From Candidatus Thermofontivivens primus (GTDB taxonomy: Bacteria > Sysuimicrobiota > Sysuimicrobiia > Sysuimicrobiales > Thermofontiviventaceae), in NCBI GenBank assembly GCA_031458695.1, contig JAVKJW010000001.1:224001-288000 (forward strand): a DNA stretch of 64,000 nucleotides, read 5' to 3'. Position 1 is the stretch's first letter. Every line of letters starts with the position of its first letter. This document shows positions 56,265 through 64,000 of this stretch, piece by piece. The notes under the pieces are model-generated. The model had not been told where the DNA came from and made no database searches. It worked only from the letters and a program-made list of their open reading frames with translations. The translations under genes and the position numbers were made by a program.

Positions 56265-57278
56265 ATGGAAAACCTGGAAGCACGGGCGGAGTGGTTTCGC
56301 TCGATCCATCGCCGGATCCGGGAGGAGATTGGAAAGGTCATCGTCGGACACGAGCAGGTCGTCGAGGAGGTTCTGATAGCCCTCTTCGCAGGCGGCCACG
56401 TCCTGCTCGAGGGTGTGCCCGGGTTGGGCAAGACCCTCCTTGTGCGCACGCTCAGTCAGTGCCTCTCTCTGCGCTACTCCCGCATCCAGTTCACCCCGGA
56501 TCTCATGCCAGCGGATATCGTGGGGACCAACGTGGTTGTCCAGGATCGTGAGGGAAGGCGCTACTTTGAGTTCCAGCGCGGGCCCATCTTCAGCCAGATC
56601 GTCCTCGCTGATGAGATCAACCGGGCGACCCCCAAGACCCAGTCCGCGCTCCTAGAGGCGATGCAGGAGCACGCCGTCACCGCCTCCGGCGTCCGCTACC
56701 CTCTGGAGGAGCCCTTCTTCGTGCTGGCCACGCAGAATCCCATCGAGATGGAAGGGACCTATCCCCTCCCGGAAGCCCAGCTCGACCGGTTCTTCTTCAA
56801 AATCAAGGTCCAGTTCCCCAGGGCCGATGAGCTCGTGGAGATCATTGACAGGACTACGACGGCGAACTCACACGCGGTCGCGGTGGTCGCTGATGGTCCT
56901 ACGATCCTGGCAATGCAGGACCTCGTCCGGGAGGTCCCCATCGCTTCTCATGTGAAGGACTACGTTGCGAGGCTGATTCTGGCGACCCACCCGGAGGGGG
57001 AGGGAGCCGCCCCCATGGCCAGGAAATTTGTACGCTACGGGGCAAGCCCTCGAGGCGCGCAGGCCCTTGTCCTCGGGGGCAAAGTCCGGGCCCTCCTCCG
57101 GGGACGGTACAACGTGAGTTTCGAGGACATCCGGGAGGTTGCCCTCCCTGCCCTCCGCCACAGGATTATCCTGAACTTCGAAGGAGAGGCGGAAGGGTTA
57201 GATCCCGATGCGATCGTCCAGCACATCCTTGAAGAGACCCCGGAGGTTGTGGATGCCAGAGGGCGCCCTGTTGCTTGA
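56265..57278 (+). CDS. MoxR-family AAA+ ATPase
   Basis: GHVLLEGVPGLGKT, RIQFTPDLMPAD, DEINRATPKTQSALLEAM, ATQNPIE, PEAQLDRF, GASPR. Confidence 0.96.
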   Translation: MENLEARAEWFRSIHRRIREEIGKVIVGHEQVVEEVLIALFAGGHVLLEGVPGLGKTLLVRTLSQCLSLRYSRIQFTPDLMPADIVGTNVVVQDREGRRYFEFQRGPIFSQIVLADEINRATPKTQSALLEAMQEHAVTASGVRYPLEEPFFVLATQNPIEMEGTYPLPEAQLDRFFFKIKVQFPRADELVEIIDRTTTANSHAVAVVADGPTILAMQDLVREVPIASHVKDYVARLILATHPEGEGAAPMARKFVRYGASPRGAQALVLGGKVRALLRGRYNVSFEDIREVALPALRHRIILNFEGEAEGLDPDAIVQHILEETPEVVDARGRPVA

Positions 57279-58140
57279 TCCAGACTTCCTCCGCCGCCTC
57301 GACATGCTCTCCCTTCGCCTCAGGAGGCCTATCCGCGGGTTCCTGCGTGGGGAGAGGCGAAGCAGGACCGTTGGCGGGGGTATGGAATTCTCCGACTACC
57401 GCAGCTACCAGGTCGGGGACGACTTCCGGTACATCGACTGGAATGTCTACTCCCGGCTGGACAGGCTTTTCGTGAAGCTCTTCCACGTGGAGGAGGAAAT
57501 GGACATGTTCCTTCTCCTGGACACAAGCCAATCCATGTCCTTTGGGAGCCCTTCGAAGCTGGAGTATGCGAAGAAAGTGGCTGCAGCCCTCGGGTACATC
57601 GGCCTCTCCGGCTTTGACCGCGTGGTCGCGGTGGGGGCAACTGACCACCTTCATGGTACTCTCCCAGCCCTCCAGGGAAAAGCTGGGATCCCGCGGCTGT
57701 TCCGTTTCCTCGCCTCCCTTGACGCCGGAGGGCCTACAAGCCTCTCTAGGGCGTTTGAGGAACTCCTCCTGCGTGCCCGCAGGCGCGGCTTCATTCTTCT
57801 CCTCTCTGATCTCTTGGATCCTTCCGGATCCACAGAGCCCCTGAAACGCGCCCGGTACCGTGGGTTCGAACTTGCTATCTGTCACATCCTCGACGAAGAA
57901 GATCTCTTCCCTTCCCTGGAAGGGGACGTGCAGCTCGTCGATTGCGAACGTGGGGATCGTGTTGATGTCTCCCTCAACAGTCTCGCCTGGGACCAGTTCA
58001 TCCGCGCGCGCGACGCCTACCTCCGGGAGCTCGAAGAGTTCTGCCTTCGCCACCAGATCGTCTATGTCCGAGCGACGACCGCCGTCCCCTTTGAGGATCT
58101 GGTGCTCCGGTATCTGCGTCTTGCTGGGGTGATCACATGA
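57253..58140 (+). CDS. DUF58 (vWA-like) protein
   Basis: EFSDYRSYQVGDDFRYIDW, DTSQSM, LSD. Confidence 0.92.
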   Translation: MPEGALLLDPDFLRRLDMLSLRLRRPIRGFLRGERRSRTVGGGMEFSDYRSYQVGDDFRYIDWNVYSRLDRLFVKLFHVEEEMDMFLLLDTSQSMSFGSPSKLEYAKKVAAALGYIGLSGFDRVVAVGATDHLHGTLPALQGKAGIPRLFRFLASLDAGGPTSLSRAFEELLLRARRRGFILLLSDLLDPSGSTEPLKRARYRGFELAICHILDEEDLFPSLEGDVQLVDCERGDRVDVSLNSLAWDQFIRARDAYLRELEEFCLRHQIVYVRATTAVPFEDLVLRYLRLAGVIT

Positions 58141-60026
58141 GCTTCCTCGCCCCTCTCGGGTTCATGGGCTTGCTGGCGATCCCTGTCCTGCTCGTCCTAC
58201 ATATGCTCCGGGCACGCAGGCGGGAGGTTGTCGTCAGCAGCACCCTCCTGTGGCAAAGGGCCCAGGAGGAGCTCCATGCCCGTCGTCCCCTCAAGCGCCT
58301 TGAGCAGAACCTCCTTCTCCTCCTGCAGATTCTTATGATTGTGGCCCTTTCCTTTGCCTTAGCGAGGCCTGTGGTGCCTGGGGGATCAGGTGGAGGCAAT
58401 CCCATCGCGCTGGTCCTGGACACCTCGGCGAGCATGCAGGCCACGGACACGCCTCCTACCCGCTTCGAGGTGAGTCGCCGGGAGGCCCTGGATTTCCTCC
58501 GTAAGCTCCAGCCTGGGCAAGAAGTGATGGTTCTCATTTCCGCTCCGGCTCCCCGGGTCGTCACGGGGTTCACCACAGACCACTCGCGCGTAAGAAAAGC
58601 GATCCAGAGCCTGGAGCCCTCAGACAGCCAGGGGGATCTCCCTGGCGCCGTTACGCTTGCCCGTGCGCATCTGAAGCGTGGGCTCAGGATCGTCTTGTTC
58701 ACAGACGGCAGCGAGCCCTACCCGGCCGGTCCGGACGTGGAGGTGCGCCAGGTGGGCCGTTCAGGAGAGAACGCCGGGATCATCGCCATCGAGGGAGGCT
58801 CAGATCCTGCAACCCAAAACCTCGTGCTCGTGCGCGTGCGGAACTTCTCCCCTCGGGCGCGTCACCTACCCATTGTTCTTTATGGGGATGGCCGGCCCGT
58901 CGCCAGGGAAACGGTTGATCTCGCCGCAGGGGAGGAACGGTCCCTCGTCTTCCAGATCCCACCTGGGGCGAGGGAATTGCACGCTCTCCTTGAGGGAAGG
59001 GATGATCTCCCTGTGGACAATGAGGCCTTCGCGGTAGTCGAACCCTCTCCCCTTCCGTCCGTCCTCCTCGTCAGCGAAGGGAATCCTTTCCTTGAGCGGG
59101 CGTTGCGGATCCTCCCCCTACGCGCGGCCTCCCGCACGACCAGCCAGGCTCCCTCCACTTGGGCGGGGGCGGAGGTGGTGATTCTCGACCGGACTCCACC
59201 TGTTTCACTCCCACCGGGGAGATACCTGCTCCTTGGAACAGTGGCCACCAACCTTCCCTTGGTCGTGGAGGGAGACATCGTCCACCCCACCGTAGCGTGG
59301 CAGGACCGGGCCCATCCCCTTCTCCGCTTTGTGGATCTCACTGGAATCAGGGTGCGCAGGAGCCTCCTCCTCCGTCCTCAAGGTGGCCAAGTCCTGGCTA
59401 GCGGGGAGGCCCCGCTCCTCTGGATCTTTGAAGAGAAGGGAACCCGGGCAGTCCTTCTTCCCTTCGACCTTGAGGAGTCGGACTTTGCTCTGAAGCCTGC
59501 GTTCCCGATCTTCCTCGCCAATGCCCTCGCTTGGCTCGCCGGCTTCCCCTCAGGGTGGCGGGCTGGTGAGGAGCTCCTGATCCCCGCTCCAGGGGATGTA
59601 GGGCAGAACGCCCTTCTGGAGCTCCCTTCAGGGGAGAAGGTACGGTTGGCTTCACAGGGAGGGTTCTGGACCTGGCGCCTCCACCGGACTGGGATTTACC
59701 GCTTGCGGACGCCATGGGGGATCCACCGGTTCGCCGTGAATCTCTCCTCCCCGCAGGAGTCGGCCATCGCCCCTCGCTTCTTCCCTTCCTCAGGGCCTTC
59801 TCCCGAAGGCCATGGGCAGGGGGAGTTGGGGACAGGTTTTCGTGAGCTCTGGCCTTGGTGGATTGGGCTTGCCCTTCTGGTGGCCCTTGTGGAATGGTTC
59901 CTCTTCCTCCAACGAACGGGGCGTCCCTTCCCAGTGGGAATGGGCCGAGGATCTGCACTCTGGCGCGGGAAGGTCGCTTCCAAGGATGACCTCCGGGTAG
60001 CGCAGAGAAGGGGTGGGGTGGCGTGA
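58137..60026 (+). CDS. BatA-like N-terminal double-TM plus vWA-domain protein
   Basis: IPVLLVLHML...SSTLLW, ALARP, MIDAS DTSAS, FTDG, C-terminal TM ELWPW...VEW. Confidence 0.88.
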   Translation: MSFLAPLGFMGLLAIPVLLVLHMLRARRREVVVSSTLLWQRAQEELHARRPLKRLEQNLLLLLQILMIVALSFALARPVVPGGSGGGNPIALVLDTSASMQATDTPPTRFEVSRREALDFLRKLQPGQEVMVLISAPAPRVVTGFTTDHSRVRKAIQSLEPSDSQGDLPGAVTLARAHLKRGLRIVLFTDGSEPYPAGPDVEVRQVGRSGENAGIIAIEGGSDPATQNLVLVRVRNFSPRARHLPIVLYGDGRPVARETVDLAAGEERSLVFQIPPGARELHALLEGRDDLPVDNEAFAVVEPSPLPSVLLVSEGNPFLERALRILPLRAASRTTSQAPSTWAGAEVVILDRTPPVSLPPGRYLLLGTVATNLPLVVEGDIVHPTVAWQDRAHPLLRFVDLTGIRVRRSLLLRPQGGQVLASGEAPLLWIFEEKGTRAVLLPFDLEESDFALKPAFPIFLANALAWLAGFPSGWRAGEELLIPAPGDVGQNALLELPSGEKVRLASQGGFWTWRLHRTGIYRLRTPWGIHRFAVNLSSPQESAIAPRFFPSSGPSPEGHGQGELGTGFRELWPWWIGLALLVALVEWFLFLQRTGRPFPVGMGRGSALWRGKVASKDDLRVAQRRGGVA

Positions 60027-62776
60027 CAATCACGCAGCCGCAGTTCCTCTTCCTCCTCCTGGTCCTGGTTGCCGTCGTCATTGCATCTCACAGGAAGCGA
60101 GTTTCCCATCTCCGCTGGGTCCTTCCTCTCCGCGTCCTCCTCCTCACCCTTCTGATCCTCTCCCTGGCCGGGTTGGCAGTTCCTGGCCTGGCCCGATCCC
60201 TCACGGTGATCTTCCTCGTCGACGCCTCCGATAGCATAGATGCACGAGCAAGGCAGGTTGCTGCAGGTTTCCTGAACCGCGCAGTGGAGCTCCTTCCCCC
60301 GCAGGGCCGTGCGGGGCTCGTCGTGTTCGCAGGAAGACCGCTCGTGGTCTCCGCGCCAACAAATTCCCTGCAAGTCACAGGTCTTCCGCCTGCGCCGGAG
60401 CCAACCTCTACGGACATCGGCGCAGCCCTCCAGGTCGCCCTCGATCTCCTTCCCGCCGAAGGGGGAAGGCGTATCATCCTCCTCAGCGATGGAGGGCATA
60501 ACGCCGGAGACTTAGAGGCTTCCCTGCGAAGGGCTCAGGCGGAGAGGGTGGAAGTCTCGGTGTTTCCCCTCACCCGCCTCCTCCGGCCGGAGGCTTTCGT
60601 GGACCGTATCCTCGCTCCAGACCGGGTGAACGCCGGGGAGCTCTTCTCGGTGACGGCTGTGGTGGAATCTACAGATCCTCAGACGGCTCAAGTGCGCCTG
60701 ATCAGGGATGGAAGGGTCCTCGCCGAGAGGTCCATCGCTCTTGGCCCGGGCCAGACGTTCGTTTCGTTCACGCAGCATGCCCTTGCACCTGGGCTCCTCC
60801 GGTATGAGGTAGAAGTCCTTCCAGCGCGCGATGGCATCCCGGAAAACAACAGGGGGCTGGGGTTCGTTCGTGTGGAGGGGAAACCGGAGGTCCTCTATCT
60901 CTCCGATTCTCCCGGCCCACTCCAGGAAATCCTGGCCCGCCAGGGGTTTACAGTACACACCGCCCGCCCCGAGGAACTTCCCTCCGCTGCTTCTGAGCTC
61001 CTCCCCTATCGTGCTGTGGTGTTGGATGACGTCCCCGCTACCGGCCTCTCCCGTATGCAAATGGAGGCCCTCCGGAACTACGTGGGTGAGATGGGTGGAG
61101 GGCTTGTGGCGTTCGGTGGGCCGCACAGCTTCGGCGCCGGGGGATACCACGGCACGCCCCTGGAGGAAACTCTCCCCGTCTCCATGGATGTCCGTCACCG
61201 CCTCGTCTTCCCTTCACTCGCCATCGTCCTCGTCCTGGACACTTCTGGGAGCATGGGTGGGTTTGGGAACGAACCAGCCAAAGTGGAGCTAGCTAAGGAG
61301 GCTGCAGCAAGCGTGGTGGATCTCCTCCGGGAACAAGATCTCATCGGGGTGATCACTTTCGACCAAGAATACCGCTGGCTTGTGCCGCTCGTAGAAGCAA
61401 GCCGTCGCAAGGAGATCGAGGAGAAGATCCTCCAGCTCCGGGCAGGAGGCGGGACGAACATGTACCCTGCCCTGGCCGCAGCGAAGGAGGCCCTGGAGAC
61501 TGCGCCGGCCCGGGTGAAGCATGTCATCGTCCTCTCCGACGGGCAGACCGATCCAGGGGAGTTTGGAACCCTCGTTCAGGAGATGGCCCAAAAGAAAATC
61601 ACGGTGACCGCAGTAGCCATTGGCAACGATGCCGATACCCGGTTCATGCGCCAGCTCTCGATGTGGGGGCGGGGCCGGTATTATTATGCGAAGGACCCTT
61701 ATACCATTCCCCTGATCCTGGCCGCGGAAGCGATGGTGGCGACGAAGGCGTACATTGTAGAGGAGCCATTCACGCCAGAAATTGTGGAGGGAGGGGAGAT
61801 CCTCTCTCGCACCGGACCCCTGCCCCCTCTGGGCGGATACGTGGCCACCACGCCCAAACCCGCAAGCCAGGTGATCCTCACCTCCCCGCAGAAGGACCCT
61901 GTGTTGGCAGCATGGCAGTATGGCCTCGGTCGTGCCGTTGCCTTCACCTCCGACGCGCGCGCACGCTGGACAGAGTCTTGGCTGGCTTCGCCGGACGCCG
62001 TGAGAATCTGGACGCAGGCAGTCCGCTGGGTTCTCCGTCGTGAGGCAGGAGGGCTTGAGGTTGCCACCGCAGTGGAGGGCAGGAAGGGCAAGATCGTGTT
62101 GGATGCACGGGACCTCTCAGGGAACCCCATCGTAGACGTGGAGGTCCATGCACGCCTCCTCGAGCCATCCGGAGGCACCCGCTCCATCCGGCTTGTGCAA
62201 ACAAGCCCCGGGTGGTATGAGGGGGAGATCGATCTGCACGAAGAAGGGGGATATGTGGCTACCGTAGAGGTGCGGAAGGGAGGGAGGGTCGTCGGGGTGA
62301 AGACGGTGACCATGGCCCTCCCATATTCTCCCGAGCTCCGCGCGGAGGAGAGAGCACGCTTTGTGTTGGGTCGGATCGTGGAGGCAACTGGGGGAAAGTT
62401 CCTGGCTGATCCTGCTCAGGCGGTGGAGCTCGCAGAACCCCAGGGTCGCCAAGCCAAGGAGATCTGGAGGTGGCTCGTCGTAGGGAGCCTCGTCCTCCTC
62501 GTCGGTGAGGTGGCAACCCGGAAAGCCCCAGCCATCCGGGCTGCGCTGGTTCCACTTGCTGGCGCCCTCCGCGGAGAGCGCTGGAAGAGGGAGACGTGGG
62601 AAGACGAGGAGGACCGAGCCTATACAGAGGCGGACAGGTGGCGGGTTGTGGAGTCTGCGAGGGAGGAGATGCAGATCAGCTCCATGGAGCACGCGGCCAG
62701 GTTGTACATCGCCAAGCTGAAGATGAGGCAAGGACTTCCCCCGAAGGACGAGGAGGGAGAGCTGAGGCCCCGGTGA
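60023..62776 (+). CDS. Double vWA plus glutamine-amidotransferase-like membrane protein
   Basis: MIDAS DASDS and DTSGS, LSDG twice, GGGLVAFGGPHSFGAGGY, WQYGLGRAVAFTSD, C-terminal TM. Confidence 0.88.
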   Translation: MTITQPQFLFLLLVLVAVVIASHRKRVSHLRWVLPLRVLLLTLLILSLAGLAVPGLARSLTVIFLVDASDSIDARARQVAAGFLNRAVELLPPQGRAGLVVFAGRPLVVSAPTNSLQVTGLPPAPEPTSTDIGAALQVALDLLPAEGGRRIILLSDGGHNAGDLEASLRRAQAERVEVSVFPLTRLLRPEAFVDRILAPDRVNAGELFSVTAVVESTDPQTAQVRLIRDGRVLAERSIALGPGQTFVSFTQHALAPGLLRYEVEVLPARDGIPENNRGLGFVRVEGKPEVLYLSDSPGPLQEILARQGFTVHTARPEELPSAASELLPYRAVVLDDVPATGLSRMQMEALRNYVGEMGGGLVAFGGPHSFGAGGYHGTPLEETLPVSMDVRHRLVFPSLAIVLVLDTSGSMGGFGNEPAKVELAKEAAASVVDLLREQDLIGVITFDQEYRWLVPLVEASRRKEIEEKILQLRAGGGTNMYPALAAAKEALETAPARVKHVIVLSDGQTDPGEFGTLVQEMAQKKITVTAVAIGNDADTRFMRQLSMWGRGRYYYAKDPYTIPLILAAEAMVATKAYIVEEPFTPEIVEGGEILSRTGPLPPLGGYVATTPKPASQVILTSPQKDPVLAAWQYGLGRAVAFTSDARARWTESWLASPDAVRIWTQAVRWVLRREAGGLEVATAVEGRKGKIVLDARDLSGNPIVDVEVHARLLEPSGGTRSIRLVQTSPGWYEGEIDLHEEGGYVATVEVRKGGRVVGVKTVTMALPYSPELRAEERARFVLGRIVEATGGKFLADPAQAVELAEPQGRQAKEIWRWLVVGSLVLLVGEVATRKAPAIRAALVPLAGALRGERWKRETWEDEEDRAYTEADRWRVVESAREEMQISSMEHAARLYIAKLKMRQGLPPKDEEGELRPR

Positions 62777-63531
62777 TCGAGGAAAAGATCCAGCGCGCTG
62801 CTGAGCTCATTGTCAGCTCCCGATATGCTGTTGCCCTGACCGGTGCAGGGGTGAGCACAGAATCGGGATTGCCGGACTTCCGGTCCCAGGAGGGTTTGTG
62901 GCGTCAATATGACCCCTCTGAGGTTGCTACCCTTTCCACATTTTACAGGGATCCCCACAAGTTCTACGCCTTCTACCGCCACCGCTTGGCGCTCCTCCGG
63001 GAGGCCAAGCCAAATCCTGCGCATTATGCGCTGGCGCGCCTTGAAGCCCTTGGGAAACTCCATGTGGTGGTGACCCAGAATGTGGATGGGCTGCACCAGC
63101 AAGCGGGATCGCAGCGTGTCCTGGAAGTGCACGGAAACCTTCGTGAGGCGAGGTGCACTGGGTGTGGGAAAATGTTCCCCATCCACGTCCTCGATCCCTT
63201 CCTCGAGCGCGCCGAGATCCCCACGTGTGATTCCTGCGGGAGCGCCTTGAAGCCAAACGTTGTCCTGTTTGAGGAACTCCTTCCTGTGGAGGTGTTCGAG
63301 GAAGCCGAGGCGAGTTGCCGTCGGTGCGATCTTCTGCTCGTTGTGGGTTCCTCCCTCCAGGTAACTCCCGTTGCCTATCTCCCGCACGTGGCGATCCGCC
63401 ATGGTGCCCGTCTGATCCTGGTGAACGCTGAGGAAACCCCTGTGGACAAGTTTGCCGATGTCGTCCTCCGCGGAAAGGCTGGTGTGCTTCTCCCCCGCCT
63501 CGTGGAGGAGGTAGAAAGGCGCCTCGCCTGA
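62773..63531 (+). CDS. cobB: NAD-dependent protein deacylase (sirtuin)
   Basis: TGAGVSTESGLPDFRS, TQNVDGLH, HGN, two CxxC, GSSL; GTGA overlap with upstream gene. Confidence 0.93.
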   Translation: MIEEKIQRAAELIVSSRYAVALTGAGVSTESGLPDFRSQEGLWRQYDPSEVATLSTFYRDPHKFYAFYRHRLALLREAKPNPAHYALARLEALGKLHVVVTQNVDGLHQQAGSQRVLEVHGNLREARCTGCGKMFPIHVLDPFLERAEIPTCDSCGSALKPNVVLFEELLPVEVFEEAEASCRRCDLLLVVGSSLQVTPVAYLPHVAIRHGARLILVNAEETPVDKFADVVLRGKAGVLLPRLVEEVERRLA

Positions 63532-63613
63532 GGAAGGAATTCTTTCCCCGCCCAACAAAATTTCATGCCATGCGACCTGAGGAAGATTCCCAAGGGATGT
63601 GGAGGTGCTGCCC

Positions 63614-64000
63614 ATGCCGGAAGCAGAAATTGGGGTATTCGGAGGTTCAGGATTCTACGCGCTGCTGGAGGAGGTCGAAGAGCATCCCATCGAGACTCCT
63701 TATGGTCCACCCAGCGATGTGGTGGTGATTGGGGAGGTGGCAGGCCGGAAGGTAGCATTCCTGCCGAGACACGGTCGGAGGCACCAGATCCCTCCCCATG
63801 CCATCAACTACCGGGCCAATGTCTACGCTATGAAGATGCTGGGTGTGCAAAGGATCATCGGCCCGTGTGCTGCAGGCAGCCTCCAGCCCCATGTGCGCCC
63901 TGGGGATTTTGTGATCTGCGACCAGTTTGTGGACAGGACCTCAGGCCGCAAGGACACCTTCTATGACGGCCCGATCACCACGCACGTGAGTACCGCTGAT
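63614..64000 (+). CDS. mtnP: S-methyl-5'-thioadenosine phosphorylase, truncated by window edge
   Basis: Read manually: [15 protein letters not shown]...TPYGPPSD...FLPRHG...INYRAN...AGSL...[15 protein letters not shown]. Confidence 0.9.
   Translation, partial: MPEAEIGVFGGSGFYALLEEVEEHPIETPYGPPSDVVVIGEVAGRKVAFLPRHGRRHQIPPHAINYRANVYAMKMLGVQRIIGPCAAGSLQPHVRPGDFVICDQFVDRTSGRKDTFYDGPITTHVSTAD

Noticed and set aside
1..64000. CRISPR array, cas genes, IS elements, prophage
   Set aside because: No regularly spaced direct repeats or relevant protein motifs seen

Overview
GC-rich bacterial chromosomal window, mostly core genes with one accessory-looking metabolic block. Gene order (cdd-recO-glyQS-ppdK-dgt; hpf-secA-lnt-prfB), spoVS, csaB, Lnt and the futalosine menaquinone pathway suggest a Terrabacteria-type organism with diderm-like traits (inference only). 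Minus strand 1-16136: peptide/nickel-type ABC transporter, membrane pyrophosphatase, dGTPase, ppdK, glyQS, recO, cdd, DUF502, CNNM protein. Plus strand 16294-36848: mqnC-mqnD-mqnP-mqnL-ubiX, cold-shock protein, hpf, secA, lnt, frameshifted prfB, DUF5693-csaB, spoVS, lapA-like, divergent prs, gltX, SPW-repeat protein, tRNA-Gln(CTG). 37-51 kb: exported rhodanese-YeeE-TusA module, DUF5752-TreT-like pair, and a LacI-controlled isomerase/ribulokinase/ABC/Asp-box sugar cluster. 51.7-64 kb: FmdB, a seven-gene membrane MoxR-vWA cluster, sirtuin and partial MTA phosphorylase. No CRISPR array, transposase or integrase was seen. The least expected signals are non-coding: a dispersed family of related palindromes (CCRGCRAAA...TTTYGCYGG), several switch-like 5' leaders (notably before the SPW-repeat gene), apparent non-canonical starts for secA (CTG, overlapped by a uORF) and DUF5693 (ACG), a TetR-like operator on the mqn operon and a sigmaH-like promoter at spoVS. 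Family assignments come from motif recognition by eye; no searches were run.
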